Below, in pieces: positions 38,414 through 49,421 of a DNA stretch of 64,000 nucleotides. Position 1 is the first letter of the stretch; every line of letters starts with the position of its first letter. The stretch is from Scenedesmus sp. PABB004 (lineage: Eukaryota). Both the position numbers and the translations under genes were made by a program. Location of the stretch: positions 496,001 through 560,000 of the forward strand of contig JABVCE010000004.1 in NCBI GenBank assembly GCA_014905635.1, read 5' to 3'. The notes under the pieces were generated by a model. It did not search any database. It saw only the letters and a list, made by a program, of their open reading frames with translations, and was not told where the DNA came from.

Positions 38414-41350
38414 ATGGTCGCCGCCGGCGCCCCTCCGCCCCCGCCGGCGCCCACCGGCGGCGCCGCGCTCGCTGCGGCGACGCGGCGCAGCCTCAGCCTC
38501 ACCGACCTGCCGGAGCCGCGCGGCGGCGCGCTCGCGCCGCGCGCCGGCGCGCTGCGGCCCCCGCCGTCGCCGCCGTCGTTGGAGCCTGAGGACGCGGCGG
38601 GCGGCCTGCCGCTGCCCGAGCCCTACAAGATCAAGATGGTCGAGTCCATCACGCTGCGCCCGCGCGCCGAGCGCCAGGTGCTGCTCGCGGCGGCCGGATA
38701 TAACGTCTTCGGCCTGCGCAGCGACGAGGTGTGCTGCCCGGCGCGCCGCCGCTGCCGCCGCTGCCGTCCGCGGGGGCCCCTCGCGAGCGACGCCGCCGCC
38801 GCCGCTGCCGTCCACGGGGGTCCCTCGCGAGCGACGCCGCCGCCGCCGCTGCCGTCTGCGGGGTCCCTCACGAGCGACGCCGCCGCCGCCGCGCGCCGCT
38901 GCCAGGTGTTTATCGATCTGCTCACCGATAGCGGAACCAGTGCCATGTCCGATGCGCAGTGGGCGGGCATGGTGGGCACGCCCCAGGCGTACGCCGGTGC
39001 GGCGGCGCGCGCGCGCGCCCGTCCCATCTGGCTGCCGCGCTGCCGCGCGCCGCCCCGCCCCGCCCCGGGACGCCCCGTGACGCGGCACTGCCCCGCCGCG
39101 CCGCGCCCCCGCCGCACGCCCCGCAGGCGCGTCGAGCTTTTACACGCTCGAGTCTGTCGTGCGGGACCTCTTTGGCTTTGCGCACGTCCTCCCCGTGCAC
39201 CAGGGCCGCGCCGCGGAGAACGTTCTGTTCTCCTGCCTCGTGTCGCCCGACTCGGGGGCGGTCGTCCCCAACAACTGGCACTTTGACACCACCGAGGTGC
39301 GTGCGTGCGTGTGCGTGTGCGGGCGGCGCGCGCGCGGCGACGGCGGCGCGGGCGGGCGGGCGCGCGCAGCCGGCGTTGGCCGCCGACCGGCGCTGGCGCT
39401 GCCGCCGCGCAGGCCAACGTGCTGCGCTGCGGGGGGCAGCCGGTCAACCTGACCGTGCCGGAGGCCTTTGACACCGCGCTCGCGGCGCCGTTCAAGGTGC
39501 GGCCGCGCACGCGCCGCGCGCCGCGCGCCGCGTGCCATCCGGCTGGCAGCGCGCGTGCCGGGCCCGCCGCCGCCGACGCGCGCGCCCGCCCGCCCTTGCC
39601 CGCACGCGCGCGGGGCGCAGGGCAACATGGACATCGCGGCGCTGGAGGCGCTGCTGTCTGACAAGGGCGCGGGCAGCGTCCCCGTCATCATGCTCACCGC
39701 CACCAACAACAGCGCGGGCGGGCAGCCGGTGTCAATGGACAACGTGCGCCAGGTGCGTCGTCGCGCGCCCGCGCCCGCGCCCGCGGCCCGCGCGGGCGCG
39801 CACGTCACGCGCGTGCGCCGCGGCTCCAGCGGGGGCAGCGGGCGGCGGCGCCGACGGCGCGCGCGCGGCCGCCGCAGGTGTCGGCGATCGCGCGCCGCGC
39901 CGGCATCCCGCTGTTCATTGACGCGGCGCGCTTCGCGGAGAATGCCTGGTTCATTCAGGTGCGGCTGGGCCCTTGGCGCGCGCGTGCGGCTGGCTCTGGG
40001 CGCGCGCGCTTGTGCGCGCGTGGAGGAGGGGATCGGGGCGGCGCGCCCGCGCGGCGTGCGCCGCCAGCAGGGGCGCACGCACGCCGGCCGCTCAGGCCGC
40101 GCCCGCGCCGCCCGCCGCCCGCGCGCCGCGCAGCGCTGGGAGCCGGGCTACGAGGGCCGCCCGCTGCGTGAGATTGTGCGTGAGTTCTTCTCCTACGCAG
40201 ACGGCTGCACGTTCAGGCGCGCGCCGCGGCGGCGGCGTGCTGCGCGCCGCGCGCCGCGTGCGGGCCGTGGGCTGCGTCGAAGGCGCGCCGGCGCCGCGCC
40301 GCGACGCCGAGCCGTGACACCGTGCCGCGCCGCGCCGCGCGCAGCGGCAAGAAGGAGGCGCTGGCCAACGTCGGCGGCCTGCTCTGCTGCAACGACGCCG
40401 CGCTGCACGAGACCCTGCGCAACCTGTCCATCGTCGTCGAGGGGTGCGGCGCGCGGCACGCGCGCGGGCCCCGCGGCCTCGAGCGCGGCCGTCGCCCGGG
40501 CCCCTCCCCCAAAACCCTGAACACTGCCGACCTCAAACCTCGCCCGCCCGCCCCTCTGAACCCCGCCCCGCCGCCAGCTACCCCACGTACGGCGGCCTCG
40601 CCTGCCGCGACCTCATGGCCATGGCCCGCGGCCTCATGGAGGCCACGGAGCAGCGCTACCAGGACCACCGCCACGCGTGCGCGCCCGCCGCCCGCGCCGC
40701 GCCGCGGCTGCCGGCGCGGCTGCCGCTGCCCGCGCCGCCCGCGCCGCGCCGCGCCGCCCGCCGACCCCGCCGACGCCTGCTCCGCGCCGCTCTGCGCCGC
40801 GCCGCGCAGCCAGATCGAGCTCCTGGCCGGCCTGCTGCGCGAGCGGGGCGTGCCGATCGTGGAGCCGCCCGGGGGCCACGCCGTGTACATTGACGCCGCG
40901 CGCTTCCTGCCGCACATACCCGCGCACCAGTTCCCCGCGCAGGCGCTGACCGCGGCGGTCTACGCCGCCTCTGGCGTGCGCGGCGTGGAGATCGGCAGCA
41001 GCTGCTTCGGGCACACCAACCCGGAGACCGGCGAGTTTGTGCCGTCGAGGCTGGAGCTGATGCGCCTCGCGCTGCCGCGCCGGTGCGCGCGCGCAGCGCG
41101 CCCTGCAAGCGCGCCGCACGCCGCCCGCGCCGCGCACGCGCCCGCCCACGCCGGCCCGCCGTCGCCGCCGCGCGTGCCGCCGCCGCGCAGCGTCTACACG
41201 AGCGACCACCTGCGCTACGTCGCGGCCGCGATCGTGGCTCTGCACGGCCAGCGCGACAGCATCGTCGGGCTGCGCCGCGTCTACGCGACCAAGCTCCTCT
41301 CCCACTTCACTGCGCAGTTCCAGCCGCTCGACGACGCGCCCGCCGCCTGA
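38414..41350 (+). CDS. tnaA: Tryptophanase (tryptophan indole-lyase; PLP beta-eliminating lyase), about 11 exons
   Basis: [38 protein letters not shown] (catalytic Tyr), [46 protein letters not shown] (PLP Lys), [40 protein letters not shown] and HFTA. FDTT, EIG and HFT are the tryptophanase rather than tyrosine phenol-lyase (FTTT, ERG, FFT) residues. Confidence 0.93.
38758..38892. repeat. 44-bp minisatellite x3 in tryptophanase intron 1
   Basis: Unit ctgccgtcc(g/a)cggggg(c/t)ccctcgcgagcgacgccgccgccgccg starts at 38761, 38805 and 38849. Confidence 0.85.
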
Positions 41351-42523
41351 GCGCGGCGGCAAGCCGAGCGGCGGCGCCGCCGAGCGGACCCATGGTCTAG
41401 ACAGCTGCACTTGCAATGTACATCAGGCACAGAGTGAGGGGGGATGCGAGCGGGCGGTCAGCCTCGCGTTTTTGAGTTGCTGCGGGGGCGATTGGCTGCG
41501 TTGTTGTTGTTCCAACCTTGAACAGGCGCCGGGCGGCGCGGGGAGGGCGGGCAGGAGGGGCGCACTCGCGACGGGCTGCACCGGAGGGGACCGGGGCGCG
41601 TGCAGCAGGCGGCAATCAACTCATCCCTTGGGCAGGCGGGTGGCATTGCGAATAAGTGCTCGGGCTGCGCGGAGGGGTTTGGGAGGGACGTGCGCAGCTG
41701 GTGGGCGGCCCGGCGGCGCGCGCACGCGCGTGCCCGCCGCGAGGCGGGGCGCGCCGCGCTGGCGCCGCCGGCCGCGACGGTGCGGGTGTGCCGTCGTAAC
41801 CACACCCGGACGAACAACGACCCGCTCGTCACACGCGACGCACGAAGAACACACGCGCTCACCGCGCGGCGAGCTCCGCGTTGGTGGGGATGCGCGTTGC
41901 GCCAGGGAAGCCGTGCAGGCGCACCAGCAGCGCGGCGCCGCCTGCAAGGGCGGCACGCCGCCGCGCGTCGGCGCTGCGGCAGGCCGCTGCCGCACGCCGC
42001 TGCCGCAGGGCGCGCGGCAGCGCACATGCGATGCCCAGCAGCCCGCCGGCGGCGAGGCCGCGTCGGTGCGCCTCAGCCCAGGCGACGCTGTCGGCCAGCG
42101 CCTCGCCAGCGGCGCGCCGCCACGCGCTGCCGCTGCTCGCGCTGCCAGGCTCGCTGCTGCTGCTCTCGTCCCGGGCAGGCATCTGCTCAGGTTCGGCGGT
42201 GGCTGATCGTTGGCGACGACTGCAGTGGTGCCACAGCGAGGGCCGGTCGCGCTGCTCTTGGCAAAAATCCGGCCGGCGGCCAGGGGTGTCGTCGTCGTGA
42301 AAACTCCCTCAAGCCCTGACTGCCTCCAAAGCCACCCCGCTGACCCCGTGAGCTGCTGGGCGACATACCAAGCTCACGAGAAAGTCACGGCCGCAGGCTG
42401 GGGAGCTGTCGACCTGCGAGCGCGGCGCCGGCAGCATCAACCGCTTTTGGCGTGGGCGGCGCGCGGCGCCGCCGCCGGGCGTCGAACAAGCCAGTGCGCG
42501 CCACGGCGGCTCAGACAGATCAC

Positions 42524-44678
42524 ATGAAGGCGTCCAGAGTGCCTGCCGCGAGCTGGGGGGCCGCTGGTGCGGCGCTCTTCCTGCTGCTGGCAGGCGGCGC
42601 GAGCGCCAGCGGCACTGCGGCGCCCTGCACCGGGCGCTGGATGGACGTCCTCAGCGGCGTTGCATCGGGCGCGACGGGCGAGCTGAGCCTGACTGACGCC
42701 CAGATGGGCATCGTGGCGACCGCGCTCGCGGCCGCGCGGCACGCGGGGCGGCGGCCGAGGCTGGTCGTCTTTGGCGAGTGCACGCGAGCCGGCGCGCGCA
42801 GGGCCGGCGCGGGAGGTGGCGGGACCCGGGGCGAGGGGGGAGGGTCAGGGACCCGACCCGCGGAGCGCTGCGCCGCGCGACCCGGCCCCCGCCGCGGCGC
42901 CGCGCGCAGGGGCCGGCTATGACAGCGCGCTCTGGGCGGCGATCAACTGCGACGGCGACACTACCATCATCGAGAACGACGCGGAGCGCGCGGCGGCGAC
43001 GCGCGCCGCGGCGCCGGGGCTGGACATCGAGCTCGTGTCGTACCGCAGCGACAGCCGGCGCGCGGCCGAGTTTTACGCCGCGCCCTGGGCCGTCGAGCTG
43101 CCACACAGCGTGGCGGGGTCGTGCCCCGACGCCGTGCTCATCGACTCGCCCGCCGCGTGAGCCGCCGCGGGCGCGCCGGCTCGCGGGGGCGGCGCTGCGT
43201 GCTGTGCCGCTGGCGCTCCGCGCCTCCCCAACTCAGCCACCCCACTCACGTAAAACACGCGCGCGCGCGCGCAGCTATGACCCGGCCCATGGCTTCCCCG
43301 GGCGCTTTGAGCCGAGCTACGCCGCGATCGCGCTGGCGGAGCGCTGCGTGTCGGCGGGGCGCGCCACCGCGGTCGCGCTCTTCCTGCACGACGCGCAGCG
43401 GCCCGAGGAGCGCGAGGCGATCGCGCGCCTCTTCGCGCCGCACCCGCTGGTCACCAGCCTCGGCGTCCTGCACGGTGGCAGCGGCTCGCTCGCGGCGTTC
43501 GTGCTCAGCACGAGCGGTGCGGCGGCGGCGGCGCCAGCGGCGCCCGCCGGCGCGCACCCCGAGGCGGTCGCGGCCGGCGGGCAGCTCGCGGCGGCGCCGG
43601 GCGGCGCGCGCGGGCGGTGGCTCGACGCGGTCGACGCCGCGCACAGCGGGCCGTCCGGGCGGCCCCAGATCAGCGTCGCGCAGCTCGCCCTCATCGCGAG
43701 CAGCCTGAAGTGGGCGGGCGCGCAGGACGGCGGGCGGCCGACGCGGCTCCTGGTGTGGGGCGTGGGCCACGACAGCGTGGCCCATGCCGCCATCAATGCC
43801 GGCGGGGCCACGCTGTTCCTCGAGGACAACGCCGAGTGGCTGGCCAAGATCTCGGGCGCCTACCCGGCGCTGTCGATCGAGCAGGTGGCCTACCGCGCGA
43901 CGGTCGCGGGCGCGGCCGCGTTCTTCGCGGCGCCCTGGCTCATGCACCTCCCCGCCGCCGCGGCGGAGGGGTGCTGGGACACCATCCTCATCGACGCGCC
44001 CGCGGGGTGCGCCCGCCCGCACGCCGCGGCGGCGGCGGCACCGGCGCCGCCGCACGCGCGCGCCGCGCCAGCATGCAGCCCGCACCCTCCCACGCCCTCC
44101 CCCTCCCCAGACAAGAACACCCACGCCCGCACGCGCGCGTCGCCGCGCCTGCCCGCAGGTACCGCCCCGAGCACCCGGGCCGCGTCGAGGCGAGCTACGC
44201 GGCGCTGCGCCTTGCCGAGGCATGCGTCGCCAGCGGGCGGGCGGCGGCCGTCACGCTCTTCCTGCACGACGTCGGCCGGCCGCTCGAGCGCGAGATCATG
44301 GCGCGCCTCTTTGACGCGCACCCGCTCGTGCGCCCGCTCGGCGTCGTGCAGGGCCACGGCACGCGCTGGCTCGCGGGCTATGTGATGTCCGCCGCGCACG
44401 GCGGCGGCGGCGCGGCGCACGGCGCCGCCCCGCCGCGCCAGCCCGCGCCCACGGCGGCGGCGCGCCACGACGGCGACGGGTGGAGCGACCGCGCCGCGCC
44501 CGGCGCCGCGCCGGGCGGCGCGGGCTGCGGCGCGCTGCCGCACCCGAGCCTGACCACCTTTCTGGCGTTTGCGCTCGGCGTCCTCGCCGGCCTCACCATG
44601 CGCGCGCCTGCGAGCCGCGTCTGGGCGGCGCGGTCGCCGACGGCGCGGGGCGTGGGCTACGCGCCGTTGCGAGGCTGA
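42524..44678 (+). CDS. Protein with two tandem DUF579 (GXM/IRX15/AGM polysaccharide O-methyltransferase-like) domains, N-terminal signal/anchor and C-terminal TM helix
   Basis: Domain 1: RLVVFG|AGYDSALWAAINCDGDTTIIEND...PDAVLIDSPA|SYDP...PGRFEPSYAA...LFLHDAQRPEERE. Domain 2: RLLVWGVGHDS...INAGGATLFLEDNAEW...WDTILIDAPAG|YRPEHPGRVEASYAA...LFLHDVGRPLERE. Both match the GXM FGLGHDS/GGRTxFLEED/WDxIxVDAP.GY.....PGR/VFVHD motifs. TM segment LTTFLAFALGVLAGL. Confidence 0.88.
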
Positions 44679-44888
44679 CCAGCCCGGCTCGCGAGCTGGG
44701 CTCGGGGTGCGGGCGCGTCCGCGTCGGGAGGGGGGCAGAGGCGGAGAACTGAGCTGGAACTGGGTGGTGGGCGTGAGAACCGCTGACTGTGGCCTGACCC
44801 TGCACCGCGCGCACCCGGCAGCCGGTCGCAGCTGTGCGCGACATTACCGCTTGACACTCACGCGCGCCGCCGCGCACCGCACCGTGCC

Positions 44889-46140
44889 TCACGCCAGCAC
44901 CAGCCGGCCGCCGGGGCCGGGCGCCGTCACGCCGACCGCGGTGCACAGCGCGGCCGCCGTGTCGCACAGCGCCGCGCCGTTCACGCACGCGCCGGCACAC
45001 ACGCGGCGCAGCAGCGACCGCGCCAGCCCGTGCTGCAGCGCGGGCGGCGCGGCGCCGTCCTGCTCCTCCAGGGCCTGCAGCAGCACCGCCGCGCACGCCC
45101 ACAGCGCCTCGCCCTTCAGGTCGTCCCGCGTGAGCCCCGCCGCGCCCCGTGCCGGCGCCTGCGCGCGGCCGTGCGCCGCCAGCAGCCCCCGCCCTGCAGG
45201 CACGCGACGACCACGGCCGCCTCCGCCTCGGACGCGCCGTGCACGCGGCGTGCCGCCACGCGCGCGAGCTCGATGGCGCCCTGCTCGGGCCGCGCGCGCC
45301 ACTGCGCGGCGGCGTGCTGCGCGAGCTGCAGCCGCCGCAGCCGCGCGCCCGGGCCGCCCGCCTGCAGCTGCTGCGGCGGCTGGACGGCCAGCGCGTCGCC
45401 GTTCCGCTCTTGGTCGTGCGGGCCGCGCCCCTCCTCCTGCTCGTGCTCCACCACCTCTCGCGCGTCGTGCCAGGCGGCGGGCTCCGAGTCGTCGTCCTGT
45501 TGCCGCCCCTGCTGCTGCTCCGCGGGTGTGACCGCGCTGCTCGCCGCCGCCAGCGCCGCGCCGTGGCCTTCGCTGGGGCTGAACCAGGCGCCGCCGCCGC
45601 CCGTGTCGGACGCGCCGCCGGGCGACGTGGGCTGCTGCGCGCCCCCAGCGCCGGCGTCGCCGGGCGTCCTGGCTGCCAGGGGCAGCGGGCCGTGCGGGGT
45701 GCCACAGGACTTGCGGGCATGGACCTGGAGCCTGCGCGTGTGCTGGCTGCCGCCGCTGGCCGCGCCGCCGGCGCCGGGCCCGCCGGCGCCAAGGGCGCCA
45801 GGGCTGGGCGTCCAGGCCCAGGCCGCCAGGGGCAGCGGGCCGTGCGGGCTGCCCAGTGACTTGCGGGCGACAAGCCTGCCCGTGGGCGTGAGCCGGCTGC
45901 CGCCGCTGAACGCGCTGCCGGCGCCGGGCCCGTCGGCGCCGATGGCGCCCCCGCTCGCGCCGAGGCGCGCGGCCGCCGCCGCACTGCTGCCGGCGGCGAG
46001 CGCCCCGGCCGCGTCTGCCGTCTCCAGCGGCCGCTTCCGTGACGCGGGCGGCGGCTGCTCCAGCACAGGGAACAGCGCGGCCCGGCCGCAGCTGGCGGCC
46101 GGGTCGCTGCGCACGTGGCCCGGGGCGTCGGTGGCGGTGA

Positions 46141-46175
<35 letters not shown>

Positions 46176-46767
46176 ACCTCTGGCGTATCCGGCTGCTGCG
46201 GCGCCGACTGCGAGGAGGCGCGCCGCGCCCTGCGGCCTGTGCTCGGCGGCGCGTCGCCGTCTCGGTGCGCGAGCCGCATCCCCTGCAGCTGCGGGCGCGC
46301 GCCGTGGGTGGGTGCGGCGGGCGGCGGGCGCTCAGAGCCGGGCTGCGCTGCTGGGCTGCGCGGCGGCGCAGGCTGCGCGGCCAGCGCGCGCGGCGCGGCG
46401 ACTTGCCAGAGCCTCAAAGTCCGACCGCACCGCCTCTGCGAGCGCCGCGGCGCCGCGCTTGCGGCCCCACGCGCCCTCCAGGCGCAGCAGGCCGGCGCCG
46501 ACCAAGACCTTGCACAAGTCTGCGACGGGCGGCGGCGGCGGCGGCTTCGTGCGGCAGCGCCGCCGCCCGCCCGGGCGCCGCCGCAGCGGCGCGCGCACCG
46601 TCGCCGTTGGCCGGGAGCTGCGCGCCGACCGAGAGCAGGTGCGCGACGAAGGCGCGCGCGAGCCCGTGCAGGTGCGCAAGAGCGTCGTCGCCGCGGCCGT
46701 CCCAGGAAATTGGCGCTGGCAGCGGTGCATCGTGGTCGCCGCTGCTGCTTGGCGACGCGCAGGCCAT
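44889..46767 (-). CDS. Hypothetical multi-exon protein with two ARKS (histone H3-tail-like) repeats
   Basis: ATG 46767 (MACASPSSS...ALAHLHGLARAFVAHLL), exon DLCKVLVGAGLLRL, a long disordered exon with LVARKSLGSPHGPLPLAA and VHARKSCGTPHGPLPLAA, and a helical last exon GLTRDDLKGEALWACAAVLL...RLVLA*. The exon structure is approximate. Confidence 0.65.
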
Positions 46768-47247
46768 TGCCGCGCCGCCGCCGCTGCCGCTGTTGCCGCT
46801 GACGCTGCTGCCGCCGCTGACCCTGCTTTAGCTGCTACTTCTGTGCTCCTCGGCGCGCGTCGCTCGAGTGGCGGAGGCGCGGTGCTCGAGAGCAGACCCG
46901 CCGCTGCCGCTGCTGCTGCTGCTGCCGCTGCTGCTCCTACGCTCCTCGCGGCGCGTGGGTCGAGTGCGCGGAGGCGCGGGTTGTGCTGGAGAGCGGACCC
47001 GCCGCTGCAGAAGAGGCGCGCCGCTGAACAGCGTCCGTTCGGCGCCGGGCGCCCAGCAGCGCGGCGCCCGGCGCGGGCGGCGGTCACACCTCCGCCGCTC
47101 TGCGACGAGTGCACTGAGCTGAGCTGAACGATCTTTCTCGGTTGACGAGGTACGCGGCGTGCTCACACTAGCACCAGTGCCTGGCAGCAGCGGGCGGCAC
47201 CAGCGGAGCGCCGCTCCAGGAGGCCCCGCCGCCGCCTGCTGCTGCGC

Positions 47248-47678
47248 ATGTTGGCGGCGGCCCGGCGGCGCGCCGTTCCCGCAGCTGGCGGCCGCCGCGC
47301 GCGCGCCCGGCGCCTCGCGGCGATGGCGGCGCGCCAGCCCGCGCCGGCGGCGCCGGCCGCGGCGGCGCCCGCGGGCCGGCTGTCGCGCAGCGTCGCCGTG
47401 ATCGGCGCCGGCGCGGCGGGGCTCGCGGCGCTGCGCGAGCTGCGCGCCGAGGGCCACGCGGCGGTCGCGTTTGAGCTCGCCGCCCGCACCGGCGGCGTGT
47501 GGGTGTACGATGAGGCGGACGTCGACTCGGACCCGCTCGGCGCGGCACCGGCGCGGCGGCGCGCGCACGGCTCGATGTACCGCGACCTGCGGACCAACCT
47601 GCCGCGCGAGCTCATGGTGTGCGGCGTTCCGGGGGCGCGGGCGCGGCGCGGCGCTCGCCGAAGCACGACACCGCGCCG

Positions 47679-47710
<32 letters not shown>

Positions 47711-49409
47711 CCGAGCGCAGGGCTTTGCGTGCCTCCCGTTCACGCCGCGCATGCTCGGCGCGCGCAGCGTGGACGCGCGGCGCTTCTGCGGCCACGCCGA
47801 GGTGCTGGCCTACCTGGACGCCTTTGCGCACGCGCACGGCCTGCACGAGCACGTCCGCCTCAGCACGCGCGTGCTGCAGGCGTCGCCGCTGCCGCACGCG
47901 GACGGCGGCGCCGCCGGCCCGCGCTGGCGCGTGCGCCACGTGCGCCTGGGCCCGGGCGGCGAGCCCGCCGGCGCGGTCGTCAGCCAGGCGCGCCACGCGG
48001 CGCGCGCGGCGCGCGCGACGCGCCGCGCCGGCCCCCGCCCGCGCCCGCCCGGCAGCGCCGCGCCGCCGCCGACGGCGCCGCCGCGCGCAGGACTTTGACG
48101 CCCTGCTGGTGTGCAACGGGCACTACTCTGAGCCCAACCTGCCAGAAGACGTGCCCGGCGCCGCCGCCTGGCCGGGGCGGCAGCTGCACAGCCACAATTA
48201 CCGATCCCCGGACGCGTTTGCCGGGCAGACGGTCGTCGTGGTCGGCGCGTCCAACTCGGGTGCGCGGCCCGCCGCCGCCGCCGCCGTCGCCGCCGCCGCA
48301 GAGGCGCCCGCGTGCGCCGCCGCAGCGGGCTGCCACGCCCGGCGCGCCGCGCCCAGCTCGCGCCTCCCGCCGCTGCGTGCTGCCGCCGCGTGTTGCCGCC
48401 GCCGCGCAGGCGAGGACGTGAGCCGAGAGGTCGCTGCGGTCGCGGACCGCGTCGTCGTGGCCGCGCGCAGCTGGAAAAATCCAGAGTGGGCGGCCGACCC
48501 GGCGCCGTTTGGCCAGCGGGGCAACGTCAGCCGGCGCGGCATGGTCACCGCGCTGCGGCCCGACGGCGGCGTGGAGTTTGCCGAGGCGCGGCGCCCGCGC
48601 GCGGCCCCGCGGCCCCGCCCCGCCCCGCGGCCCGCCGCCCGCGGCGCGGCGCCCGGCCAGGACCGCCGCCGCCGCCGCCGCCCAGCGCGCGCCGCCGCCG
48701 CCGCCGCGGGCGCCGCGCCGCGACCGCCGCGCAGGGCCCTGCGCTCGCGCGCGCCGACGCTGTGATCTATTGCACGGGCTACCGGTACCGCTTTCCCTTT
48801 TTCGAGGACGACGCGGCGACGTCGGGCATGAGCGGGGGGCAGCACGTGCCGGGGCTGTTCCGACACATGTGGGTGCCGTCCCTGCCGACCCTCGCCCTCA
48901 TCGGCGTGCCCTGGAAGGTGGTGCCCTTCCCCCAGTTTGAGCTGCAGGCGCGCCTCGCCGCGCGCGTGCTGTCCGGGCGCGCGGCGCTGCCGCCGCCCGC
49001 GGAGCAGGCGGCCGCCGCGGCGGCCGAGGCCGCGGAGCGGCGCGCCGCGGGCGTGCCGCTGCGCTGGACGCATATGATGGGCGAGGACCAGTGGGAGTAC
49101 GATGCCTGGCTCGCTGACGCGGCGGGGCCCGACGTGCCGCGCCTGCCGCGCTGGCGAGAGGCCATGTACGCCGCCGTGGGCGCGTCCAAGCGGGCGCACC
49201 CCGAGGACTACCGGGACAGGCGAGAGGGGGCTGGGCGGGGCGGGGCTGCAGCCGCGGCCCGCAGCCCGCGCCACCGGCGCCCGCGACGATGCTGCGGCCC
49301 CGCCGCTGCCGGCCGCCGCAGGTGGGACGACGCCGCGAGCGCGGCGGCCGCGGCGGCCGAGCTGGAGGCGCTCACGGACGCGCTGCTGGCGGGCGTGCCG
49401 GCTCCCTGA
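47248..49409 (+). CDS. Flavin-containing monooxygenase (class B FMO, plant FMO GS-OX-like)
   Basis: VAVIGAGAAGL (FAD), GGVW, HGSMYRDLRTNLPRELM|GF, CNGHYSEP, WPGRQLHSHNYR (FMO motif), VVGASNSG|ED (NADPH), DAVIYCTGY, PWKVVPFPQFELQA and HPEDYRD. The N-terminal extension could be a targeting peptide. Confidence 0.95.
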
Positions 49410-49421
49410 CCCGGCCGCCGG

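Noticed and set aside
36850..38892. 26-bp and 44-bp repeats as possible CRISPR arrays
   Set aside because: Head-to-tail tandem units with no unique spacers, no cas genes and a eukaryotic context.
38414..41350. Tyrosine phenol-lyase assignment, or bacterial contamination
   Set aside because: The diagnostic residues are tryptophanase-type, and the gene has many spliceosomal introns with host-like composition.
47248..49409. YUCCA-type auxin FMO forming an IAA pathway with the Trp enzyme
   Set aside because: The motifs (SMYxxLRTNLPRE, CNGHY, HSHNY) are GS-OX/class B FMO-like rather than YUCCA, and tryptophanase yields indole, not indole-3-pyruvate.
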